A stretch of DNA of 56,124 bases from Exilispira sp. (GTDB taxonomy: Bacteria; Spirochaetota; JAAYUW01): positions 1 through 56,124 of the forward strand of contig JAAYUW010000022.1 of assembly GCA_012517545.1 (NCBI GenBank), written 5' to 3'. Positions 28,833-37,287 of the stretch are shown here, piece by piece (position 1 is the first letter of the stretch; each line of letters begins with the position of its first letter). Under the pieces are notes generated by a model that was given only the letters and a program-made list of their open reading frames with translations, did not search any database and was not told the origin of the DNA. Made by a program: the position numbers and the translations under genes.

Positions 28833-31478
28833 TTAACTTTGCTTTCTGTACTCTTCAAAACAAAATTCTGTAGCCTTTTCTTTAAAAAGGTCGAAAAACT
28901 TTGAATCCTTATAACTAATCAACTGAGAATCTGGCAATGACTTTAGTACCCTTTTTCCATAATTTTTTTTAATCAATCGACTATCAAAAATAATACAGAT
29001 TCCCTTTTCATTTTCTGATCTTATCAGTCGTCCAAACCCTTGTTTAAGCTTCAGTATTGCATAAGGTAGAGACAGATTTTCAAAAGAGCTAATACCCTTA
29101 TTTTCAAGTTTTTCCGATCTGGCAAGAAAAATAGGGGTATCTGGGACTTTAAAGGGGACCTTTGTGATAACGAGTATTTCGAGATCCTTGCCAGGAAAGT
29201 CAACACCTTCCCAGAAACTCATTGTTGCAATAAGAATAGCATCAGGTAAAGATCTGAATTTTTCCATCAAAAAAGCAGTATTTGAAAATTCATCCTGTTT
29301 TATTATCGTCTTTTCAGTTTTTTCAGTAACCTTGATAAGGTAATCATAGAGTTTTTTAATATCATAAAAAGAAGTGGTCAAAATCATAATTTTGGACTTA
29401 TATTTAAGAGCGATTTTTTCGATAGTCCCTGCAACATTATCTAGAAAATCTGGATCGCCAGGTTCTTTAATATCTTCAGGTATAAAGATAGCTGAGTTTT
29501 GTTTATAATTAAAAATATATGGGAATATTTTCTCAACTATTTTACTCTCAAGATCTTTCTGAAGATAAATCTGACTTTTAATATATTGAAACTTATTTTC
29601 AGCTGTCATAGTTGCAGATATTAATACTGAAGATTTAGGCTTCATATAAAGGTAATCTGAAAATTTTAAACTTAAATTTTCATCAAAAAGGTTAAATTCT
29701 ATGCCAGTTTTTGTCTTTTCAAGCCATAAAACCTGGATCTTATCAGAGCTAACAGCAAGTATATCATCTTTAGCATCAGTATTTAAAATTTTTTCAAAAT
29801 ACTTGTAGATTTCAATCCCATTTAAAAGATAGTCAAGTAGATTCTTTAAATAGCCATAAAAATAAAGAATGTTTTGAAAAGTTTTATCTTCATCACTTTT
29901 TTTTTGAAGCAAATTGACAAGTTCATTTACTTTATCATAACAGGAAGATACAAGATCATATACGATTGTTGTCTGATTAAAAAAGGGAGATAGAGAATCA
30001 AAAATCATCCAGGCAGTTTCTTTATCTGATTTTAATAGTGAAGTTATATTAATATTTTTATTTAAATATCCATTCTCAACTTTTCTTGGTTTTTGCCTGC
30101 TTTCTCCTGTATCAAGCTTTTCTGTAAGGTTATAGATTGTTTCATTTACTAGTGTTCCAGCAAGTCGAACAAGGTTTGTTGTATTTTCTAAAACATCGTC
30201 AAGTAATTCGATAATAGCCTCAATTTTAGCCTGCAATTCATTGTTTTTTTTAAGAAATGCATTTAGATTCTTTTTTGTTATATCAATAAGGTTTAACTGT
30301 TTTGGAGATCTTGAAATGAGTCTCGAGACTTTTTTAACAAGCAATTCAGTTGAAAAATTCAAAGTGCTGATATCTTCTATAACACCTGCAAGGTTGTGCG
30401 CCTCATCAAAAATAACTGTATTATATGGTGGAAAACTATCGTTAAAATCTTCAAATAGTTCATAGGATAAAAGAAGATGATGATTCGTGATGATGATATC
30501 TGCATTTGCGATTGCCCTTTTCGCATTATAAAAAAAACAATCGTTATAAAAAGAACATTTTTTCCCAAGGCATAATGAACTATCCGATCTTAACTCATCT
30601 ATAAGACTCCTGGGGTATGAAGATTGAATCTCCTGAAATATCCCTGTATTTGTTGTGCACGCCCACTGATCAATCGTTGACAGCAGATCAGCATCGAACA
30701 TCTCAAATAAAAACTGGTTTGATGAATTCTCAAAGTTTTCATATTTAAACTTGCACAGGTAATTTTGTCTACCCAGGAAAAGTTCAACCTTAAGATCCAG
30801 TTTCATGACCATAAGAAGTGATGGAATATCTTTTCTAAAAAGTTGATTTTGAAGATTTTTTGTATATGTTGAAATAACTATTTTCGACTTATTTTCTGAA
30901 ATATAAATAAACGATGGAACGAGATATGCAAGTGACTTGCCTATCCCTGTAGGTGCTTCAAACAATCCTATTTTATCTTCATTTATGACCTTTGCAATAT
31001 CAACTGCAAGATCGTTTTGTGAATCTCGATAGTTATACGATGGTAAAGTTTCAAAAATAGAATCAGGCGGATTTTTAAAAAAACTGTTAATTTCATCTAT
31101 TTTGATCTTTTTTCTTTTATGTACACTATGTGGTGGGATAGCTATATAACAGTCTATAACAGAATTGTCAAATATACCAAACCCTATCCCCAACTTCTGG
31201 CATTCATTTGCTATCAATGCATCTGCCTCTGAAAGTTTGAGAATACCGCTGGGATGATTATGAAGAATGATATCAAAGTCAGTTGATATATCGAGATCGA
31301 AAAGGACCTGATCTTTATTTCCATAAAAGATTGACTGAACACTTTCTATGGTAGATTTATTCTCACTAACCAACCCTCCGATAAATATCTCATTCCCCCG
31401 ACTTTTATCCAGGTAGTGTTTCAGCATAGATATTGCACTACTAGAAAAAATACTTGAGCATTTACAATAACCTTCCAT
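28833..31478 (-). CDS. DinG/XPD-family Fe-S ATP-dependent DNA helicase with N-terminal JAB/MPN (JAMM) domain
   Basis: The N-terminal ~110 aa carry E(29)...HNHPSGILKLSEAD, an exact HxHx7SxxD JAMM motif. Then come Walker A APTGIGKSLAYLVP, a Cys cluster (NYLC, QWAC, CLGKKCSFYNDC), the DEAH box VIFDEAHNL, and C-terminal helicase_C_2-like motifs (SFWEGVDFPG, KQGFGRLIRS). Confidence 0.85.
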   Translation of the reverse strand: MEGYCKCSSIFSSSAISMLKHYLDKSRGNEIFIGGLVSENKSTIESVQSIFYGNKDQVLFDLDISTDFDIILHNHPSGILKLSEADALIANECQKLGIGFGIFDNSVIDCYIAIPPHSVHKRKKIKIDEINSFFKNPPDSIFETLPSYNYRDSQNDLAVDIAKVINEDKIGLFEAPTGIGKSLAYLVPSFIYISENKSKIVISTYTKNLQNQLFRKDIPSLLMVMKLDLKVELFLGRQNYLCKFKYENFENSSNQFLFEMFDADLLSTIDQWACTTNTGIFQEIQSSYPRSLIDELRSDSSLCLGKKCSFYNDCFFYNAKRAIANADIIITNHHLLLSYELFEDFNDSFPPYNTVIFDEAHNLAGVIEDISTLNFSTELLVKKVSRLISRSPKQLNLIDITKKNLNAFLKKNNELQAKIEAIIELLDDVLENTTNLVRLAGTLVNETIYNLTEKLDTGESRQKPRKVENGYLNKNINITSLLKSDKETAWMIFDSLSPFFNQTTIVYDLVSSCYDKVNELVNLLQKKSDEDKTFQNILYFYGYLKNLLDYLLNGIEIYKYFEKILNTDAKDDILAVSSDKIQVLWLEKTKTGIEFNLFDENLSLKFSDYLYMKPKSSVLISATMTAENKFQYIKSQIYLQKDLESKIVEKIFPYIFNYKQNSAIFIPEDIKEPGDPDFLDNVAGTIEKIALKYKSKIMILTTSFYDIKKLYDYLIKVTEKTEKTIIKQDEFSNTAFLMEKFRSLPDAILIATMSFWEGVDFPGKDLEILVITKVPFKVPDTPIFLARSEKLENKGISSFENLSLPYAILKLKQGFGRLIRSENEKGICIIFDSRLIKKNYGKRVLKSLPDSQLISYKDSKFFDLFKEKATEFCFEEYRKQS

Positions 31479-31498
31479 ATAAGTAATTATAACATCTT

Positions 31499-31903
31499 TT
31501 AAATTTTTGAAAAGTTGTGATTAAAATATGGATAAAACTCTTTAAAAGCTTTTGTTTCTATTGCAAATGAATAATGGCTAAGAACACTCACCATGTTTAA
31601 TACATCATACCAGATCATTGGATACTTTATTTTCATAAAATCAGTACCCATACCAAACAAATATGGTTTTCTTTCTTTACGATCATTCCAGAGGTTTACT
31701 ATTGTTTCAATACCCTTTTGTTTTTGTTCCAAATACTCAATATCTTTTGTAACAGTAAGTAATTTTAAAACATTAAGTGTTGCCAGTTGGCATTCATCAT
31801 CCTTTTTCCACGGGCCACGAAATTTACCAATATTGCCTTTATTACTGCATCGTCAACCATTCGGTTCTATTCTACTAATTATTTCATCAATTATGGATTT
31901 CTG
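31499..31903 (-). pseudogene. decayed C-terminal remnant of an alpha/alpha-toroid (prenyltransferase/terpene-cyclase-repeat-like) protein
   Basis: One frame reads QKSIIDEIISRIEPNG-TGA-RCSNKGNIGKFRGPWKKDDEC...LFGMGTDFMKIKYPMIWYDVL...*. The in-frame TGA (31853-31855) falls where a ..NG(G)W repeat motif expects Trp. A TAG (31904-31906) closes the frame upstream, and there is no plausible full-length start. Confidence 0.45.
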
Positions 31904-31950
31904 CTATTTAGTTATAATGTTTTTATTTAATTTTATAGAAATGTAAATGT

Positions 31951-32202
31951 TTATGGTAAATCACACATAATCCAGGTACTAACAGACTTCCCTGTTCCTC
32001 CAAAAGATACAGGAATATTAATGTTAACAGAAAAATCATTATCAACAATACTTTTATTGAGTTTGTAGAGTCTGTCATCGTTGATAAAATCATTATCTAT
32101 TAAAAAAACTAAAATATTTATTGGGTGTTCAGCATCATTGTGTCTTCTTAATTCAGTATCATGAAATGTACAGCAATTATCTATCAATGATAGATATATC
32201 AT
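31951..32202 (-). CDS. hypothetical 83-aa ORF (possibly another gene fragment)
   Basis: Open frame only, with a weak RBS and no recognisable motif. Preceded in frame by TGATGA. Confidence 0.25.
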   Translation of the reverse strand: MIYLSLIDNCCTFHDTELRRHNDAEHPINILVFLIDNDFINDDRLYKLNKSIVDNDFSVNINIPVSFGGTGKSVSTWIMCDLP

Positions 32203-32620
32203 TCATCATTTAATTCCTTCTTTGTGCGAAGGATCAATCATCGGTTTAATCTGCAATTCCTGCTCAAAGAGATTGATCTATTTTTATTTGAACACAGTAT
32301 TTTCTAAAGCCTGACAAAAAGAATATAATTTATACTTAGGAATGGTTTCAATCCTTATTTTAATGGATAGAATTAATTTAACTAAAGTGAATTGCGATAG
32401 AATAAATTAAAATGATTGATAATTTAATTTTCTGAAATATTAATCTGCCTCTAGATAAAAGAGGCAATAAATTCACCTATTACTAAATAATCCTCAGGGA
32501 ATTTTTAATTTTTAATTTTTGATTTTAGACTTTTGTAATTTTGAATTTATATTTTTAGCTTTTGATTTTGGGCTTTGTATTTTCAACCGTAATTACCCGG
32601 CAAAGCATCGAAAAATTTAT

Positions 32621-33556
32621 TTAATTGTTTTTTATTTTTTCAAAAGATGAAAGTTTAAGCTTTGAAGAAAGCTCGTCGAAATCTTTAAGGATTCTTTTTA
32701 TATTTTCAGAAGATTCATTCGCCTTTTCATGCCAGAAAAACTTTTTTGCAAATTGAACATCAAGTGAATGTCCCGCTTTATGAGCGATAATATGACCAAC
32801 TACTGGTTTTCCTAAAAGATAAAGATCACCAACAAGATCAAGGATTTTATGCCTTAAAGCCTCGTTTGAATAACGAATCTCATCGTTGAGAATACTTTCT
32901 CTCGTGTAAATAAGTGCATTATCGAGAGAACCACCTCTTGCAAGATTATTTTGCTTCATGTTTTCGTAATCTTCCAGAAAACCAAAAGTTCTTGCTCGTG
33001 AAATCTCTCTTATAAAAATATCAGATGTTATATTAAAATATGCAACCTGGTAGGGAAGCAAATCGGACTTTGAACTAAAATCTATACTATATGTTATAGA
33101 AAATTGAGAAGATGGCATACCAATAATGTATTTATCCTCACTATAAACCCAGATAGGATATTTAATTATATAAGGTGTGATTTCCTCATCAAGCTCTTCT
33201 ATCTGCGCTTCCCTGAGCATTTCAATAAAGCAGTATGAAGAACCGTCGAAAACCGGTACCTCATCACCTTCAACTTCTATTATTATATCAGAAATCTCCA
33301 TAGCCTGTAAAGCGGCAAGGATATGTTCAATCGTATATATTCGATAATCGTTTCCAATAGCGGTAGAAAAGCTTGTATTTGAGACTATAAAAGGTGAAAG
33401 AGGTATAGGATGAAGTTTATATGGATCTCTTTGAGTATTATAAAAAAGTATACCACGCCGAAAGTACGAAGGGCGAAATGTTATAGAAGAACTATTACCA
33501 GAATGAAGTGTAACACCTTCTCTTGTAATAGCTTTTGTTATAGTTTTTCTTTTCAT
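32621..33556 (-). CDS. lpxC: UDP-3-O-acyl-N-acetylglucosamine deacetylase
   Basis: Motifs GVTLHSGNSSSITFRP, TIEHILAAL, RTFGFLEDYENMKQNNLARGGSLDNAL, RHKILDLVGDLYLLG and AHKAGHSLD. Confidence 0.9.
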   Translation of the reverse strand: MKRKTITKAITREGVTLHSGNSSSITFRPSYFRRGILFYNTQRDPYKLHPIPLSPFIVSNTSFSTAIGNDYRIYTIEHILAALQAMEISDIIIEVEGDEVPVFDGSSYCFIEMLREAQIEELDEEITPYIIKYPIWVYSEDKYIIGMPSSQFSITYSIDFSSKSDLLPYQVAYFNITSDIFIREISRARTFGFLEDYENMKQNNLARGGSLDNALIYTRESILNDEIRYSNEALRHKILDLVGDLYLLGKPVVGHIIAHKAGHSLDVQFAKKFFWHEKANESSENIKRILKDFDELSSKLKLSSFEKIKNN

Positions 33557-33576
33557 CTAGTTCTTAAATAGCAATT

Positions 33577-33585
33577 ATTATACCA
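33577..33585 (-). promoter_or_regulatory. candidate extended -10 element (TGGTATAAT) for lpxC
   Basis: The minus strand reads aaatatTGGTATAATaattgc about 20 nt upstream of the lpxC ATG. No convincing -35. Confidence 0.35.
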
Positions 33586-33670
33586 ATATTTAGCTTAAAT
33601 AGCAGGTTTTTGAACTCAACATTTATAAGGATTTTACAATATCTGTAGATTACAAAGATAGAGAAATATG

Positions 33671-33705
33671 TTGAATTTATTCAAATGTATGTTGAAAATA
33701 TTCAA
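33671..33705. promoter_or_regulatory. two TTGAA-N4-TTCAA palindromes spaced 21 bp centre to centre (CRP/FNR-geometry operator candidates)
   Basis: TTGAATTTATTCAA sits at 33671-33684 and TTGAAAATATTCAA at 33692-33705 (the latter extends to an 8-bp perfect arm, atgttgaa/ttcaacat). They lie between the ruvX stop and the lpxC start. Confidence 0.35.
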
Positions 33706-33718
33706 CATTCATTCTTTT

Positions 33719-34150
33719 CTAATTTAAAGTTTTAAGATTATCCAAAAATTCTTCAAGAATAATTTGAGCTGAATATGAATCTTTATATTTTGCCCAGCTT
33801 TTTTTATTTAATCCATCGACTGTCAATCTGTTTTTTGCTTCCTTTGTAGTCCTATATTCATTTTGTGTACTTATTAAAATATTCAAATTGCATTTTTCAA
33901 GAAATTTTCTAAGTTCTTCAATAAAATTCAATATCTGATTACAAATCTGGCTCTGCAAACCATCAGAAAGATAAGGCAAACCAACTATTATATCTGTAAT
34001 AGAATATTTAATTATTATTTTGTTAATATTACTGAAAGTATTTTTTGTATTTAATATAGGTTCTATAGGTATGGAATACTCCAGAAATGGATCTGAAACT
34101 GCCAATCCTATTTTTTTTCTACCCCAATCGACTGCAAGATACCTTTTCAA
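33719..34150 (-). CDS. ruvX: Holliday junction resolvase-like pre-16S rRNA nuclease RuvX/YqgF
   Basis: N-terminal YLAVDWGRKKIGLAVSD, length 143 aa, and C-terminal YSAQIILEEFL. Confidence 0.85.
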   Translation of the reverse strand: MKRYLAVDWGRKKIGLAVSDPFLEYSIPIEPILNTKNTFSNINKIIIKYSITDIIVGLPYLSDGLQSQICNQILNFIEELRKFLEKCNLNILISTQNEYRTTKEAKNRLTVDGLNKKSWAKYKDSYSAQIILEEFLDNLKTLN

Positions 34151-34223
34151 TATAACGACCTCTATACAAAAAATTAGTTGATCCAGGCTGATTTAAGGTT
34201 TATCCAGCAAATATGTAGTGCTT

Positions 34224-35057
34224 TTATTCTTCCTGATCTTTTTTATAACCAAATCCGCATATTCCTCTTTTGCTCGACTTGTAAAAGGAAACAATCTCAT
34301 TTGCAAAAGGATTACCAGCATATTGTTCCTCAATTTTTTTGATAGCTACCGAAAAAGGTAACTTACTCAGGTACAAAAGATGAAAAATTGATTTGATTAT
34401 TTCGCGATCTTCCCCTGAAAAACCTGCTCTTCTAAGTCCAACAGTGTTCAATCCAATGACTTTGGAAGGTATTCCGAAGGCCATGGAATAAGGTATTATA
34501 TCTTTATTTACATGCGTGTTCCCGCCAACCATAGCATAGGAACCAACTTTACAGAATTGATGTAAACCCGAGTAACCACCCATAACAACATTATTATCAA
34601 GTGAAGAGTAACCTGCAAGCTGAACAACATTAGTCAGTACACAGTTATTACCTATCCTTGAGTTGTGTCCCATATGGGTATAAGCCATAAGGAAGTTATT
34701 GTCCCCGATAATGGTTTTTGTATCAGCCCTGGATCCTCTATGTATTGTTGTATACTCTCGAATTATATTGTTATTTCCAATAATTACAAATGACTTATCC
34801 CCGGTAAAATCGTGATCCTGCGGATCCCCACCAATATACGCATAATGATTGATTGTATTGTTATCACCTATTTCGCAGTATGGCCCTATTATCGCTCCTG
34901 CTTCTATCTTATTATTATTGCCGATCTTGCAACCTTCTTTAATAATTACATTGGCACCTATAATATTGCCATCACCTGAAATGAAATCTTGAGAAATCAT
35001 GGCTAAACTATGAATTTTATTCATCTTTATATCCTGTATATTACAGTCAAAATTCAA
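34224..35057 (-). CDS. lpxA: acyl-ACP--UDP-N-acetylglucosamine O-acyltransferase
   Basis: Left-handed beta-helix hexapeptide repeats followed by GLNTVGLRRAGFS and a helical C-terminal domain. The likely true start is the ATG at 35024 (MNKIHS...). Confidence 0.9.
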   Translation of the reverse strand: MNFDCNIQDIKMNKIHSLAMISQDFISGDGNIIGANVIIKEGCKIGNNNKIEAGAIIGPYCEIGDNNTINHYAYIGGDPQDHDFTGDKSFVIIGNNNIIREYTTIHRGSRADTKTIIGDNNFLMAYTHMGHNSRIGNNCVLTNVVQLAGYSSLDNNVVMGGYSGLHQFCKVGSYAMVGGNTHVNKDIIPYSMAFGIPSKVIGLNTVGLRRAGFSGEDREIIKSIFHLLYLSKLPFSVAIKKIEEQYAGNPFANEIVSFYKSSKRGICGFGYKKDQEE

Positions 35058-35090
35058 AAGTCGAAATTCTAATATTTAGTTTTCCATTTT

Positions 35091-35188
35091 TTGGTTCATC
35101 CGACAAATTATCTTCTCGCTCTTTGTCAACTGCGAAGAGTCTATTTTTGATATTCGCTTCCATGTTGGCTTAAGTCATAAAAAGAAAA
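35091..35188 (+). repeat. intergenic repeat copy A (GTTCATCCG core + GAAGAG hairpin/ATTTT module)
   Basis: Matches to copy B at 55983-56110: TGGTTCATCCGACAAATTATCTTCT (35091-35115) at 24/25, CTATTTTTGATATTCGCTTC (35140-35159) at 19/20, and TTAAGTCATAAAAAGAAAAG (35169-35188) at 17/20. Confidence 0.8.
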
Positions 35189-35330
35189 GTAAAATATATA
35201 TGCTCTGTGCAATATCTCTTTGCATGGCTAAACCATAAAAACTTATGAATAGCAAAAATAAACAGCCATTTATGTTAATTATTGTTATAAAATTTTATAC
35301 ATTTCTGTTTTTTAAAGTTAGCAAAATAAG

Positions 35331-35390
35331 CATGAAATTGCCGGATGAACGGGTATATATATACTATGCTACGCTTATTTCTTTAATGTT
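35331..35390 (-). repeat. intergenic repeat copy D (reverse-strand homologue of copy C)
   Basis: The reverse complement reads attaaag...gcatagtatatatata(cc)cgttcatccggcaatttcatgctta. Its GTTCATCCGGCAA arm is inverted relative to 35092-35108. Confidence 0.7.
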
Positions 35391-35401
35391 AAAATTATGC
35401 A

Positions 35402-36511
35402 TTAACCAGAAGTACTCATTTTTTTCACAATATTATTAATGGTATTCGACAGATTTTCTACGGTAGTCTGCAATTGTGAAAGCTGTTTATCAAGTTGTGG
35501 GAGCCTGAAAAAAATGGCACTGGATTTCTTGAAATCAAGCGCATTCATGGCTGGAGTTCCAAGCAAAAATGAGTTATCAGGATAATTTTTAGGTGTTAAA
35601 CCAGCTTGAGCACCAACTATGACATTGTTTCCAACCTTGCAGTGATCGGAAACACCTACCTGTCCGGCGAGAATCACATTATCACCAACAGTTGCACCGC
35701 CAGCTATACCTACCTGAGAGCAGACTATAGAATTTGAACCTATAGTTGTGTTATGTGCTATCTGAACGAGATTATCTATCTTGCTTCCCTTTTTTATAAG
35801 GGTTGTACCTATTGTTCCTCTATCCACTGAACTATTTGAACCAATCTCAACATCGTTCTCTATAACGACTTTACCAAGATGTTCAATCTTATAGTTTATC
35901 CCCTTATCGTTAACATAGCCAAATCCATCACTACCGATGACTGTATTTGCATGAATTATGCAATTTTTACCAATCTCACAGTTCTCGTATATCGTAACAG
36001 ATGGAAATATAACGGTATTATCGCCAATTATAACATTATCACCGATATTCACATTTGAACCGATGATAACATCTTTTCCAAGTTTCACATCGCGCCCAAT
36101 GACAGTGTATGGACCGATTTCGCAAGTAGTACTATCAAAAACAGAACCAGAGCTAACAGTTGGGTGTACACCATATTCTGGTTTTCGGCTCTTAAATAGA
36201 GAAGATACTTTAGAAAATAAAAATTTGGGATTGTAAAAAAAGATCAGGGTTTTATCTTTTAATATTGACTCAATACCATCAAAAGTTTCGACAATACCCT
36301 TGAAATCTAACGGAAAGACAACCACTGACGCAAAGGATCGCAGGGCAACTTCGATATATTTTTTTTCCTGTATGTAGATAAGTGATGAAGGTTGAATGTT
36401 ATCTAGTAGAGACAAATTATTAAAACTTCGCTTTTCATCACCAAGAACATCACACTGAAAATTTACTATAAGATCCTTTACCGAAAAATCCCCTTTAACA
36501 TATTGAACCAT
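35402..36511 (-). CDS. lpxD: UDP-3-O-(3-hydroxyacyl)glucosamine N-acyltransferase
   Basis: N-terminal LpxD-type domain followed by long hexapeptide-repeat beta-helix runs (IG.N..I...V.IG). Length 369 aa. Synteny with skp-bamA. Confidence 0.9.
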   Translation of the reverse strand: MVQYVKGDFSVKDLIVNFQCDVLGDEKRSFNNLSLLDNIQPSSLIYIQEKKYIEVALRSFASVVVFPLDFKGIVETFDGIESILKDKTLIFFYNPKFLFSKVSSLFKSRKPEYGVHPTVSSGSVFDSTTCEIGPYTVIGRDVKLGKDVIIGSNVNIGDNVIIGDNTVIFPSVTIYENCEIGKNCIIHANTVIGSDGFGYVNDKGINYKIEHLGKVVIENDVEIGSNSSVDRGTIGTTLIKKGSKIDNLVQIAHNTTIGSNSIVCSQVGIAGGATVGDNVILAGQVGVSDHCKVGNNVIVGAQAGLTPKNYPDNSFLLGTPAMNALDFKKSSAIFFRLPQLDKQLSQLQTTVENLSNTINNIVKKMSTSG

Positions 36512-36528
36512 ATCGATATTACCTTTAT

Positions 36529-37113
36529 TTATTGATTGGCATATTGCTTGAAAATATTTGGATCTATTCCATATTTTTCAGGGTTTGTAACATTATTCTC
36601 TTTCAAAAATCTTACAATCATTATGAAAAGGTACTCTAAAACATCCTTTGATATATCGATATAACTGGCATAATAGAGTACAAACTCAGATCTGGCATCG
36701 ACTGCAAGAGCATAACCCTTTTTTTCACAGATCTTTTTGATCGCGAGAGAGATATCATCCTGTATATATTTTTGTCTATTAGCCTGTAAATCATCATCCA
36801 GTTTCTTGTAATGATCTCGCAAGGCAACGGCTTCGTTTAGTTTATCCTGTTGTGCAGCTTCCAATTTGGCTTTTTCCTCAGAGGTAATATTAGGATTGGA
36901 AAGCTTCACTGTAATAGCATCGATCTCAGCCTTCAATTTTTCAAATTTGGTAGTCATTTCATCGATATAAAACTGCCTTTTAATATCAACAAGAGTTACC
37001 TTGTATTCTTTATTTATAAAGTCCAGATCCACAACTGCAACCTTTATAAAATCTGGAGCCATAAAAATGGTTGCTAAAGCAAATAAAACAAGAAGACCAT
37101 ATAGTTTTTTCAT
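36529..37113 (-). CDS. skp: OmpH/Skp family periplasmic chaperone
   Basis: Signal peptide, a coiled-coil-rich 194-aa protein, and the conserved position between bamA and lpxD. Confidence 0.8.
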   Translation of the reverse strand: MKKLYGLLVLFALATIFMAPDFIKVAVVDLDFINKEYKVTLVDIKRQFYIDEMTTKFEKLKAEIDAITVKLSNPNITSEEKAKLEAAQQDKLNEAVALRDHYKKLDDDLQANRQKYIQDDISLAIKKICEKKGYALAVDARSEFVLYYASYIDISKDVLEYLFIMIVRFLKENNVTNPEKYGIDPNIFKQYANQ

Positions 37114-37287
37114 GCTGTCTCCTTTTAAACATGCGTAAATGGGTAATTGTTATCATTTTCAAATCATCTCTTTAACTGTTTATACCCACAACAGGTTCAT
37201 CTGCAATTTAAGCTTCATATGCAATTTAAAACTTATAAGCAAAATTAAATCTAGCAACAACTTATTGAAATTTTCATTAAAATGTAC

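Noticed and set aside
31853-31855. In-frame TGA read as selenocysteine, or as Trp under genetic code 4/25.
   Set aside because: Many well-sized genes in the window terminate at TGA (for example rpsA, rnr and the first ORF). I could see no SECIS-like hairpin directly downstream and no sel genes are present. An upstream TAG also breaks the frame, so a decay mutation is the simplest reading.
35245-35439. 64-aa + strand ORF inside the lpxD-lpxA spacer, and a possible fabZ remnant in the same spacer.
   Set aside because: The ORF is built from the repeat modules, has no RBS and overlaps the lpxD 3' end. No frame of the spacer shows FabZ hotdog motifs.
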